Origin: Chrysomallon squamiferum | Taxonomy: Eukaryota; Animalia; Mollusca | Length of the DNA stretch: 64,000 nucleotides | Assembly: GCA_012295275.1 (NCBI GenBank) | Contig: CM022666.1 | Span: forward strand, 11,346,001 to 11,410,000 | Direction of reading: 5' to 3' | Part shown: in pieces, positions 38,201-49,141 of the stretch | Position numbering within the stretch: position 1 is the stretch's first letter | How the letters are laid out: every line of letters starts with the position of its first letter | Made by a program: the position numbers and the translations under genes | The notes under the pieces: model-generated | Databases searched by the model: none | Seen by the model: the letters and a program-made list of their open reading frames with translations, nothing else | What the model was told of the DNA's origin: nothing

Positions 38201-41200
38201 CCTTTACCTTATTGTATTGAACGAGATCAACATCGAAGAGAAAATGAAGATAAGTTTAAAAAGAGATACAAGTTTGAAACTGGTGGTATTCGTGAAGAAC
38301 CTTTACCTTATTGTATTGAACGAGAACAAAGCGAAAGACAAGATATAATTAACAGGAAATACAACACCGAAACTGGAGGTATTCGTGAAGAACCTTTACC
38401 TTATTGTATTGAACGATATCGACATCGAAGAGAAAATGAAAATAAGTTTAAAAAGAGATACAAGTTTGAAACTGGAGGTATTCGTGAAGAACCTTTACCT
38501 TATTGTATTGAACGAGATCGACATCGAAGAGAAAATGAAGATAAGTTTAAAAAGAGATACAAGTTTGAAACTGGTGATGTTATGGAAGAACCGTTACCTT
38601 ATTGTTTCGAACGAGAACGAAGAGAAAGACAAGATATAATTAACAGGAAATACAACACCGAAACTGGAGGTATTCGTGAAGAACCATTACCTTATTGTAT
38701 TGAACGAGATCGACATCGAAGAGAAAATGAAAATAAGTTTAAAAAGAGATACAAGTTTGAAACTGGAGGTATTCGCGAAGAACCTTTACCTTATTGTATT
38801 GAACGAGATCAACATCGAAGAGAAAATGAAGATAAGTTTAAAAAGAGATACAAGTTTGAAACTGGAGGTATTCGCGAAGAACCTTTACCTTATTGTTTTG
38901 AACGAGAACGAAGCGAAAGACAAGATATAATTAACAGGAAATACAACACCGAAACTGGAAGTATTCGTGAAGAACCTTTACCTTATTGTATTGAACGTGA
39001 TCGAAATCGAAGAGAAAATGAAAATAAGATTAAAAAGAGATACAAGTTTGAAACTGGTGATGTTATGGAAGAGCCGTTACCGTATTGTTTTGAACGAGAA
39101 CGAAGCGAAAGACAAGATATAATTAACAGGAAATACAACACCGAAACTGGAGGTATTCGTGAAGAACCTTTACCTTATTGTATTGAACGAGATCAACATC
39201 GAAGAGAAAATGAAGATAAGTTTAAAAAGAGATACAAGTTTGAAACTGGAGGTATTCGCGAAGAACCTTTACCTTATTGTTTTGAACGAGAACAAAGCGA
39301 AAGACAAGATATAATTAACAGGAAATACAACACCGAAACTGGAGGTATTCGTGAAGAACCTTTACCTTATTGTATTGAACGTGATCGAAATCGAAGAGAA
39401 AATGAAAATAAGATTAAAAAGAGATACAAGTTTGAAACTGGTGATGTTATGGAAGAGCTGTTACCGTATTGTTTTGAACGAGAACAAAGCGAAAGACAAG
39501 ATATAATTAACAGGAAATACAACACCGAAACTGGAGGTATTCGTGAAGAACCTTTACCTTATTGTATTGAACGTGATCGAAATCGAAGAGAAAATGAAGA
39601 TAAGTTTAAAAAGAGATACAAGTTTGAAACTGGAGGTATTCGTGAAGAACCTTTACCTTATTGTTTTGAACGAGAACAAAGCGAAAGACAAGATATAATT
39701 AACAGGAAATACAACACCGAAACTGGAGGTATTCGTGAAGAACCTTTACCTTATTGTTTTGAACGAGAACAAAGCGAAAGACAAGATATAATTAACAGGA
39801 AATACAACACCGAAACTGGAGGTATTCGTGAAGAACCTTTACCTTATTGTATTGAACGTGATCAAAATCGAAGAGAAAATGAAAATAAGTTTAAAAAGAG
39901 ATACAAGTTTGAAACTGGTGATGTTATGGAAGAACCGTTACCGTATTGTTTTGAACGAGAACGAAGCGAAAGACAAGATATAATTAACAGGAAATACAAC
40001 ACCGAAACTGGAGGTATTCGTGAAGAACCTTTACCTTATTGTATTGAACGTGATCGAAATCAAAGAGAAAATGAAGATAAGTTTAAAAAGGGATACAGGT
40101 TTGAAACTGGTGATTTTAGTACAGATGCATTGCCTCACTGTACTGAACGTGATCGATATAAAGGTAACCCCGAATATGAAAATAAAAATAAATACAAATT
40201 CGAAACCGGTATTATTTACGAAGAGCAATTACCTGTTGGTACAGTACTACCTCGATACGGAACAGATGTTAAAGATGGTTTTAATAATAAATTCAAAACC
40301 GGTCATATTCGCGAAGAGTTATTACCCTATTGTAAGCAACAAGCGCGCTGTGAAAGAGACAGTGGAAAAATTAAGAGAAATGTTATTCGCGAAGAACAGT
40401 TACCATTTTGCATTGAGCGAGATCGATTTAAAAGAGACAATGGGGATACATTTAAGAAGAAACATAAGTTAGTAATTGGTGGTGTTCGTGAAGAATCATT
40501 ACCTTTTGGTACTGAAGATTCTGTACATGGAAAAGATAGCGATGAAAGGTTTAAAACAAATTACAATTTTAAGGCTGATGATATTCATGGCCAACCATTA
40601 TTTTTTGATACTGAACAAAACCGATATAAAAGAGACAGTGTAAATAAAAATAAAACTGTTGTTATTCGCGGAGAACCACACTCTTGTACTGATCGAGGTC
40701 AGTATAGACGAGATGCTAAAAACAAATACATTTTCAAAACTGGTAATATTCGTGAAGAACCCTTATCTTTTGGTTTTGAAGGACCTCGATATGGAAGAAA
40801 TAGTGAAAGCATGTTTAAAACTAATTACAAGTTTAAAACTGCTGGTATCTGTGAAGAACATACACCTTTTGGCATTCAGAAAGGATTGAATGGAAGAAAT
40901 AGTATAGATAAATTTAAAAATAATTATAAAGTTAAAAATGATGGTATTAGTGAAGAACCACTGCCTTCTTGGACTGACCGAGATCACTGTAGGGGAGGTA
41001 ATGCCGGCAAGTTCAAAAATAAATACAACTTCGAAAGTGGTGCTATTCGTGAAGAACCGTTACCTTATGTTATTGATCGTTCAAACAAAAGAGATGGTGA
41101 AATTAAAACTAATGCTATTAACAAAGAACCCATACCTTTTTCTACTGAACGGGATCAGTATGAAAGAAATACTGACAATAAATTAAATAATAAATACAAA

Positions 41201-41743
41201 TTCGAAAATGATAAACCACTCACTTTTTGTCCTAAGAAAGGAAGACATTCTGAAGGTAATTTTATAGGTGAAAACAATTGCAATGTTGGTGACATTCGTA
41301 AAAAAACATTACCTTTATGTACACAGCGATATACATACGAAACAAATACCGATTACAAAACTAAATACAAGTTCGAAAGTAGTGATGTTCATGATGATAC
41401 TTCACCGTTTGATACTGAAAGAACTCGACAAAGACGAAATATGGAAGATAACTGTAAAAGCGAACACAATTACAAAACTGATATTCGCGAAGAACCATTA
41501 TGTTTTTGTGCTAAATATGCTCCTTATAAAAGCGGTACTAATGATAACTTTAAACAAGAATACAAATATAAAGTAAATGGAAATGACAGTGAACAGTTAC
41601 TTTTCTCTGCTGAAGAAACTGGATTCTCTGTAGGTAAAAGACATACCTGTAACAAGTATAAAGCAGAGCGGCGTTACAAAACTGGCAGTATTCGTGAAGG
41701 TCCTTTACCATTTTGTGCGAGACGACCCAGTGGTTCTCTGTAG
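35252..41743 (+). CDS. Uncharacterised giant single-exon protein B, 2163 aa: N-terminal helical domain homologous to the protein A C-terminus, followed by ~1800 aa of 31-33 aa repeats (ETGGIREEPLPYC...)
   Basis: 6.5 kb stop-free frame that stays open through both the diverged and the homogeneous repeats; candidate acceptor at 35139. Confidence 0.88.
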   Translation: MQNKTKRHQLEHRYNYILDKTAKDLISYALNTAKIQLEEEDGFSYFANADEYIHISPGINIISKPASNIVTESDKLSKTENISCISVDRKLYLESFSSQFVKIVEAAKSLARWSVNNCKKEFKFILTKGKDNNKFKEIALDTKKRLQREHITQKQYSYFDKIVNKKRKLECDGNNPECEKLIEAITTIILNELHYVFDTVSGNFENFVVAKALWLAEKVMHKAVLEIRNNINCMRTEIANGQSAYTVTNKIADIVKTSIKNSMKDIDIVNSGSDFREFITQKAPVSEYSFTDEESHAICDSVNNITSLRKGMHNTNTILKYSEMTRDVQNNKNRHKDIYRNENKYSTGEIREEKLPRFWQTRVKMDTYFEDIPKFNMFKSRNNQSGNIRREQLTHSVEQDQHDTYTEDKTHRNCEEQLFYCFEEDQLKNYEEDGTVHIRKEHLPYCAEMDKYKIYIKYKTGDITEQRPRYYIVRNLSGTCTKDETKGICNACFLPYCVERDQCEIHFEDQIPYNEKEDKYKYQNKYSEKTDGIREEPLSFVTERGRYGAERDTKTVVIHEKSLPFGAEENLYGRDTPNSQDMYKIEFNYQTGGFHEESIPFYIERNRYEGDTKDNFQRKSRLETGGILDDPLPFCIEGDQYERRDTINSKFNTETGGIREKPLHYELDRHGKVNENKFRRRYKFETDDICEKSLPYSIEKDRQGRKNENKFKKRYKFETGGIREEPLPYCIERDRHRKENENKFKKRYQFETGGIREEPLPYCIEREQSERQDIINRKYNTETGGIREEPLPYCIERYRHRRENENKFKKRYKFETGGIREEPLPYCIERDRHRRENEDKFKKRYKFETGDVMEEPLPYCFERERRERQDIINRKYNTETGGIREEPLPYCIERDRHRRENENKFKKRYKFEIGGIREEPLPYCIERDRNRRENENKFKKRYKSEIGGIREEPLPCCFKRDRSERQDIINRKYNTETGGIREEPLPYCIERDQHRRENEDKFKKRYKFETGGIREEPLPYCIEREQSERQDIINRKYNTETGGIREEPLPYCIERYRHRRENENKFKKRYKFETGGIREEPLPYCIERDRHRRENEDKFKKRYKFETGDVMEEPLPYCFERERRERQDIINRKYNTETGGIREEPLPYCIERDRHRRENENKFKKRYKFETGGIREEPLPYCIERDQHRRENEDKFKKRYKFETGGIREEPLPYCFERERSERQDIINRKYNTETGSIREEPLPYCIERDRNRRENENKIKKRYKFETGDVMEEPLPYCFERERSERQDIINRKYNTETGGIREEPLPYCIERDQHRRENEDKFKKRYKFETGGIREEPLPYCFEREQSERQDIINRKYNTETGGIREEPLPYCIERDRNRRENENKIKKRYKFETGDVMEELLPYCFEREQSERQDIINRKYNTETGGIREEPLPYCIERDRNRRENEDKFKKRYKFETGGIREEPLPYCFEREQSERQDIINRKYNTETGGIREEPLPYCFEREQSERQDIINRKYNTETGGIREEPLPYCIERDQNRRENENKFKKRYKFETGDVMEEPLPYCFERERSERQDIINRKYNTETGGIREEPLPYCIERDRNQRENEDKFKKGYRFETGDFSTDALPHCTERDRYKGNPEYENKNKYKFETGIIYEEQLPVGTVLPRYGTDVKDGFNNKFKTGHIREELLPYCKQQARCERDSGKIKRNVIREEQLPFCIERDRFKRDNGDTFKKKHKLVIGGVREESLPFGTEDSVHGKDSDERFKTNYNFKADDIHGQPLFFDTEQNRYKRDSVNKNKTVVIRGEPHSCTDRGQYRRDAKNKYIFKTGNIREEPLSFGFEGPRYGRNSESMFKTNYKFKTAGICEEHTPFGIQKGLNGRNSIDKFKNNYKVKNDGISEEPLPSWTDRDHCRGGNAGKFKNKYNFESGAIREEPLPYVIDRSNKRDGEIKTNAINKEPIPFSTERDQYERNTDNKLNNKYKFENDKPLTFCPKKGRHSEGNFIGENNCNVGDIRKKTLPLCTQRYTYETNTDYKTKYKFESSDVHDDTSPFDTERTRQRRNMEDNCKSEHNYKTDIREEPLCFCAKYAPYKSGTNDNFKQEYKYKVNGNDSEQLLFSAEETGFSVGKRHTCNKYKAERRYKTGSIREGPLPFCARRPSGSL
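37403..40102 (+). repeat. Coding minisatellite: 28 units (16 x 99 bp + 12 x 93 bp = 2700 bp) with higher-order structure
   Basis: Units counted from the translation; the total length matches the coordinates exactly; shadow ORFs recur at a 774-bp offset (37611/38385, 37902/38676). Confidence 0.95.
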
Positions 41744-42607
41744 TACAAGAAAAATTTACAAATGAACATAAAGTTCATGTCGGTGCAGGTCATGAAGGAA
41801 ATGACCAAAATGAAACAGGCGGCAACTGAAGAAATGTTCGAAAACAAATACGAATATAATGGAAATGAGATTAACGGAAGAACCAAATGTACTGCTAATT
41901 CAACGAAAACCAAGACTGAATTAATGCAGGAATATAGAAATGACGTTAGTGGGATACATATTAGAAAATGGCCTGTTTATTTGAAATGTATTCCTGATAC
42001 AGATACAGTTCACGGAGAAAAATGAAAAGTCAAAGTGAATATAAAGTAACAGCAAATAAAATGTGTAAAGAAAGTAATTAGTGTAAAGGAAAATCTAATG
42101 CTACCTTTGAACGTAAAAACAAATATTTAACTTCAAATTATTATGAAACATTACGTTTACATGGAAAATAGACACAACAGTAATTTAACTGGAGTAAATG
42201 GTGAAAAACAGTATAGTCCCACGAAGGATAAAACTTTACATGACAAAAGAAAACTTTGGGATACATTACTAAATTAGCAATATTTGTTTATAATCCCGGG
42301 GATACATTTGTCGCATATAAACGAAACACTAAGTGTATCTTTAGTAATGAATAAAAGATCAAAAACAGAAACAGATAATATTTTTGAGACAAAATAAAAA
42401 AGATATCCACGGGTGAAGTGAACGATAACTATGACAAAAAAACAGCTTGTTACGATCTGGTGAATGATCAGACACTAAAGAAACGTTTGAAAATAAGTAT
42501 AATGGAAATGAAATTAACGGAAACAAGGATTGAATTTATGCTGGTGTAATACAGATGTAATGTTACATATATTTTACATTTATTTAATTATTATTATTTT
42601 TAATTAA

Positions 42608-42661
<54 letters not shown>

Positions 42662-42798
42662 AATTGGATATTTGTATGTATTCATAATTTCAAAACAGAA
42701 TTTGAATATCACTAATAAAAATATATTGACTGCTTATCAGACACATATTGCACAGGTGAACTATAATACAGAAACCTCTACACAACAGAACCGTTAAA

Positions 42799-42838
<40 letters not shown>

Positions 42839-42996
42839 GTAAACAACAAACGATAAATACAGTGAATACAAAACGAATAATTATGATCTAAGATTCAAAA
42901 ATTATAACAACATTTAGCAGAACACTTTTAATAGAACTTTTAAATGAATCTACTGTAATAAAATACTGGAATGGATCTGAAATTACATTTAATTTA

Positions 42997-42997
42997 G

Positions 42998-43052
<55 letters not shown>
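42997..43052. repeat. (GC)n(AC)n microsatellite
   Basis: Directly visible. Confidence 0.95.
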
Positions 43053-43056
<4 letters not shown>

Positions 43057-43617
43057 TAATTCCTTAACAAACCATTTTGAATAAGATTATTCCGGAAAGT
43101 ATCGATGATAATGGCGATATGATAAAAAAATATAAAAACATAAATCATTTTGAAGGTTAAACATTCTTTTTACTTATAAATAACCTTTTTTTACTCTTCT
43201 GTAAACAATATAAACCAGAAGGATACTTTATTATGTTATAGATAACTGTATGTTAAAATTACTGTTGTAATTTAATTTTTTTTTTTTTTAATAATAAATG
43301 TTTACTTTCGATTTTTTACATTTTATTTACTTTTATTCTTTCTTTCAATTTCTGTCTTCTTATCTGTTGTCGTTATAAATTATACTAATGAAATAAAATC
43401 TATTAAATTATTCATATATTATTTTTGTAATATTTTCTTTAAAAAAAAAACCGAAATGGCCTCATTAGGAAGATCAATTTTGATAATATTGATGTAGTAC
43501 AGCACATAGGAACAGAATATTCCTTTTCAAAAATAAAGTAATAATAATAATAATAATAATAATAATTAATAGTAGATAAAAATAAACCAAATGAATAAGT
43601 AATAAAATAAAACTAAA

Positions 43618-43662
<45 letters not shown>

Positions 43663-43769
43663 AATAAACCAAATGAATAAGTAATAAAATATACAATTAA
43701 AAAAGAAAAAAAATGAAATGTTTTATAGCATAGACTCTCATTAATTTCAGTTAGTACAGTCAGTCAGTT

Positions 43770-44175
43770 ACTCCGTAAAATACTCTGACCCTGCCACCGC
43801 CATGTTGGTCATACTGAATGACGTCTGCATCATATCGTTCTCACCGTCACCTCCATGCATGGAGTCTGTTACGGACAGTTTGAGCATGAATTGTAGTGCC
43901 TTTGGTTTTGCTGCAAAGTACGGGCTAAACGTGGAACACATTCCAACCCGTACGTCGAGATGACGTCACTAAATACCTATGTTCCCTTGGAGTAGTGGTC
44001 TACCAGAACATGGCCGATCTCGCACTTGTCCAGATTGGTGTTCGCGTTGTCGGAGTCGTGATATGGTATAGTCATGAACACGAAAGTACTGAGCGACGTC
44101 GTATGCGTTGGCCGGCATTTAAGCCGTCCCATTGCTTAATGACGCTGATTCTCCGTCACGCCTGCACGGCGACCC
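43770..44175 (-). mobile_element. Degenerate, internally deleted Tc1-family transposase relic
   Basis: Minus-strand pieces across frameshifts: VTENQRH*AMGRL, DVAQYFRVHDYTISRLRQR..SGQVRDRPCSGRP, TTPREHRYLVTSSRR, TIHAQTVRNRLHA, QYDQHGGGRVRV. These match Tc1 paired-like HTH, SGRP, TVRNRL and HGGGSVMVW motifs. Confidence 0.85.
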
Positions 44176-46079
44176 AAGGATAAATTCTTCCTTGTTTTTT
44201 TCTTCTTTTTTTTTGGAGGGGGGTGATAATGTTGGTTCGGTGCATCAAAATGTGATTTCAATACATCCGTATTGCATGCGCTTCTGCGTGCAATACACAT
44301 AGCGGCGTTTGATCTGACAAATGGTGATGTTTTCATTACCTAAAGCGAGAGGGTATATGCAACTAACGTATTACCAACTTTTATCATTTTATTTTAATTT
44401 ATTTGGAAGCGTCAGTCATTTACAAAAACCTGCTTTATGTTTTTGGTTAAGTACATAATATATCTCATGTAATCCGCTATTTATCACCTATGAGATAGGT
44501 CGCTCAAAATATGATTTGCTATAGTTTTTTCCCCACATCTCTCTCTTTTTTCACTTAAGGTTAATATGAACTCAGTATGACAATGATGATGATAATAATA
44601 GTAATATAAATTATAATAATATGGTTGACACATTAAATAATTCAAATTGGCTAAATGTCACACAAGACTTTATTAGGTAGATTCTAGTAAGTTGGATGTA
44701 GTTAGAAGTTAAATTCTTTAACAGGAATATATGCATCAACAGTTAGAAATACTGCAATGAACTACTCAAAAACAATTATTTTTAATCAATTATTTAACAC
44801 ATAATCCATTTTTATTTGACTCTGTTTGCAGAATGAAATACAGTCCGTTTGTAATTAGTATAAGTAAAATTTTAATAAAAGTTTGACCATAAACCATAGT
44901 TTAACTGCCGATTTTACAACCATATGATTGTTAACAGTTTATTTCGTTTTTTAATTTTCAAGTACTTTCATCATACACAGATGAGAAGAGACAAGAACTC
45001 CACTAGAAACATTAATGGCATCAAGCATGATTAAATATTGTCCATCCAGTCCAGGTCATTATGGCTGAACCGTGTTATCTGCAGAATAGAATAATGTAAT
45101 GGAATAACCTGCTAAATTGTTACAGATATATATTTTCTCATTTCTTACCTCTTAAATAATTGTGTGTAAACTATTTCAGCAAATATCATAATAACATTGG
45201 ACATATTTGACAAATGAGATTCTGTTTGTTGTTTTTGATTGTTAAGTAAATATGATTCTTATGTTTTTCATGTGCACAGTTAAAGATAAGGAATGTTCTT
45301 TACAAACTGTATCATATTTTATATAAAATGTTAATTTTTTTATTTATAAATAATCAAACAGTTCAGTAAGCCATACTTTTTTTAACTGAAATAATATACT
45401 TTTACATTAGCACCCATTAACACTTTGGTGCTTAATCACTTCATTTCTGATTTATTGAAGAAATGGACCCAGCTTTCATCCTGTTATTATTCAATGAGCT
45501 CAGACATAACTTTAAATGATTGATTTATAAAATGCAAGCTTTATGGAAAAAAGAAAACATGTATTTAAATACCATGTATTGTATGTTTTTTTGGTTTGTC
45601 ATATTGAGCTATTGCAAAATTGTTTTGCTTTTATTGCAAATTAAAGGTAGCCAAGAAGGAAAGGGAGAGAAAGACAATTAGCTGATATGTTAATTAATGA
45701 CTGACAGAAGTTGAAACAGGAGAAAATTCCAAATTTTGTAAGTTTAGAATACATTGCTTTGTATATTTGTTATGATAGGTAGCTGGTATATTTGTTATGA
45801 TAGGTAGCTGGTTATCTAATGTAAATAACTCTCATCAGCAATGTTGGGGAAAAACTGCACACATCATGGATTCAGAAAGGAAGCTGAAGCCTGAGATACA
45901 GCTATTCACCTTTATGCAGACGTATGTGAAAATTTAGATTCATGCTGGTTGTTATGTACATGGCATTTAAGTAAATAATTTGTAAACATTTTTAGAGATT
46001 ATTTCTGCTGACAGAAAGATGATATTACGTATTAACTGAAATTAATTATTTTTCAGAACAGAGTGGGGATAATGTATGA

Positions 46080-46260
46080 TGTTGTGCCAGTCTCCCACAT
46101 ACCAAAAACTGCACAGATGAGGTATTATGTTCAAGAAAAAAACAAGTACTGTTACAGAAGCTTCCTCTGGAAATAAGAATATATACTTTGACATAGGAAC
46201 AGTTGGATAGAATGTGATGTCTGTAGTATCTGGTATAGGCAGACATCTCTCATAAACCTA
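46080..46260 (+). mobile_element. Possible further pogo-type PHD C-terminal relic
   Basis: 46201-46248 reads SWIECDVCSIWYRQTS, resembling the PHD core WIxCDxCxxWYH; the rest is unreadable. Confidence 0.3.
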
Positions 46261-47838
46261 TGAGGACATGAGTGTGCATAATTTATACACTGCAATATTA
46301 TTAATTTTGTTGGAATTTTCAACTGCTGTTCTACTTTTTTGTTTGTTAAATTTTGTATTTACTGTCTTTATTAATGTCTTATTATTCAGCATTTCTCAAA
46401 TTTTTGCTGTCATGGAACCCATATAGATCAGTGAAAACAAATACATGTGCCTAAAGTCCTAAAAGTTTTCAGAAAACAAATAAAAGCATATAAACACAAA
46501 AATTGTGTTGTTATTGTTTTAAAAGTTAAAAATATTCACCTTCCATTATTAAAATGGAACATCATAGAGAAGTCTGGTAAAATAAAGGGAAGCAAGTACA
46601 AATTAAATAGTTTAAAATCCATTTTTTTTGTTTTATTTTATTTATTTTTTCAAATTACATTGATATCTTCTGTCAAAGACAATAACAAAATACAGTGGGA
46701 GTGGAATTTGGATTTTGTACATCTTGAATCTATGAACTCTGAATATGAATGCTGCTTTATCTGAAATTGGGCGCATAATCAATAACAGCTTGTACAGAAC
46801 CTCTTTGAGAAACCCTAGATGAAACTAATTTGTTTTACCTTTTCATACACAACTCATATAGAAAATTTTAATGAAATTTGCAGAAAAATGATTATTTGCT
46901 TATAACTAAAAATTTAAATTTTTCTTATCTTTCTCAGTATGCAATACACTGAGATATGGACTCTACACAGAGAGATATTTTACAGATCAAGTATGAATAT
47001 GTATCATTGGAAAACACCATATCAGTGGGATACATACTATTTCACTAAAGTATCTCCTTTAGTGTGTTGTACAGAGATAATGTACAAAGATTGTGTATTA
47101 ATATAATTAATAGTGTAGTAGGTACTCTATCATTGAGGTCTGTTATTCTTGTACAGAGGTAATATACAATAGATCATGTATGAATGTATTAAAACATTCC
47201 ACATACATTATACAGTGCACTCACTATATACTCATATCACTGATCTATATCACTAGGGTGTAAACACTATGAGATTGAAATACCAACTGTATCACTGGAG
47301 TAGTCATAATAGTTTCATATTTTACTCTTTTTGTATAGTGAAAACAAAAGAACTATCGTTATAGTTTAACAGTATTTGGCAGAAATCATATGTGAGCTAT
47401 AATAATTTTGGTGATGAACAGTTACCATGAGTTCTAATATCAAGTACTGAGTTCCATGAACTTTATATATGTGTGATATGTTCATCTAAAGTAGTAAATT
47501 TAATGTATGAATTACTAATGACTATAGTAAGAATTTGAACGAGTCTTAGAATCTTTTGTTTACTCATCACCAATTTTATAATAACGTGTTTGACATCAGC
47601 TATCTTTCATTTGTGTTAATTGCATACATAGCATTAATAAAAAATAAACCTTTACATAACTGAATAAATTACTGCGAACCTCACTTTTTCTACAAGGCAA
47701 TTTAAAGTGATATATAGTGTGCTTCAAATAGTATTACTGACATGAATATTCATGACGTCTTACTGGTATGAATATTTATTAGCACCTTTATTTCTGTCGC
47801 ACTGGACGTGTTTATATTGTCATGCTCCCATGTTGTTG

Positions 47839-47869
<31 letters not shown>

Positions 47870-48179
47870 AATATAAAACGTAACCTTGCATCGGAATTGC
47901 GGTAAATATTTGACTTTAAAAAGCTTGAATTTCCTGAAACTCAAATTATTTTTGCTGACGAAGTTTCGCAATGTTATTACAAAATGAGGCATATTTTGTA
48001 ACAGAATGGTATTATTTGTTTTGTTTGTTTAAATTACAGTATTTGGTATAATAAAATAGTTTATTACTAACTGCGCCTAATAGTTTATTAAGAATTACTA
48101 ACATTGCTAATGGTGATACTTTATGAACACCATTAGGGGCCATTAATTAATTATTGGTTATTAGTATCAAAATTAATTT

Positions 48180-49141
48180 CAGTAATTCGGATAAATTTTT
48201 GAGAGGAATCAAGTCACAATTTTCGTTTGCGAACAAAAGGTCTCTCCCACAGTCTTCGAGCAGTCACTGACACTGGATACAATGAGGAAATACTCGATAG
48301 GTCGGCCACAAAGGTTTGATCTACACAACGCTGTATAACTAATTAAATAAATAGTTGAATGCGTCGAACAGAGTTCTTTTTAGTCTTCTTTCTTTCTTCA
48401 GAACTGTTGGAAATAATAGCGTCGCCGTGATTTTAATAATGGACTTTGTAAATGATATTCGAGATCTTTAAAAAAATTATGCAAATAATAATAATAATAA
48501 TGTGCAAATGCTGCACGATTTCCACTGTCTCCATTGATAAATTGTACAGGCGTCGCTATATTCAGTCACCCGGAGTTATTTCATTTGGCACAATAAATAA
48601 GTAATACTGTCTCTAAACAAATATTTTATTATGATGAAAACGAATGACCAGAAATATGGGTACTGGGTGCATAATCAGTATTCGCCCATCTAATGATATA
48701 CTATTATACCTAGCCAGTATCCACAAATATTTATCAAAGCGCTCGGATTTCATTATGAGAAGACGTGGGTATAAAATGCATGATACTTTTTTCGTGGACT
48801 TCTAATAGATGTAAAGGGCGTATCACGACCATTCATAAAACCCTTCTTCAACAACAAACAGAAGGTGAGAACTCGGGTGCAACCATCGAATTATAGCCCG
48901 CTCCAAGATTAAAAGTAATCTACTTTGTGAAACACTAGCATGGAAAGGGAAACTCAAAACCTGTAGTGTCTGCGATTATCTGGGGGTTTTAATGTACTAC
49001 TATGTTTACGATCTTTATACTCTGTTGATTTCCTCCCGACTCCATTTATACAGTATAATTTCGGATGGTGTTCCCGATAAAGGTAGAATTTACCACTGTA
49101 CGCTCTATGTCAAGTCAGTTTCATAGTTTGAAACTGACGGT
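48180..49141 (+). promoter_or_regulatory. CpG-retaining promoter/5' region of ACER3
   Basis: CpG-rich interval immediately upstream of the ACER3 ATG, contrasting with the CpG-depleted gene body beyond ~50.4 kb. Confidence 0.5.

Noticed and set aside
37403-40102. CRISPR-like regular repeat with intervening segments
   Set aside because: The intervening segments are themselves repeated (two types), unit lengths are multiples of 3 within one ORF, there are no cas genes, and the context is eukaryotic.
36231-41576. Many short + strand ORFs (MKNLYLIVLN...)
   Set aside because: Alternative-frame shadows of the protein B repeat array.
48240-48335. Possible tRNA-derived SINE fragment
   Set aside because: Only a vague resemblance; no A/B boxes or boundaries can be demonstrated.
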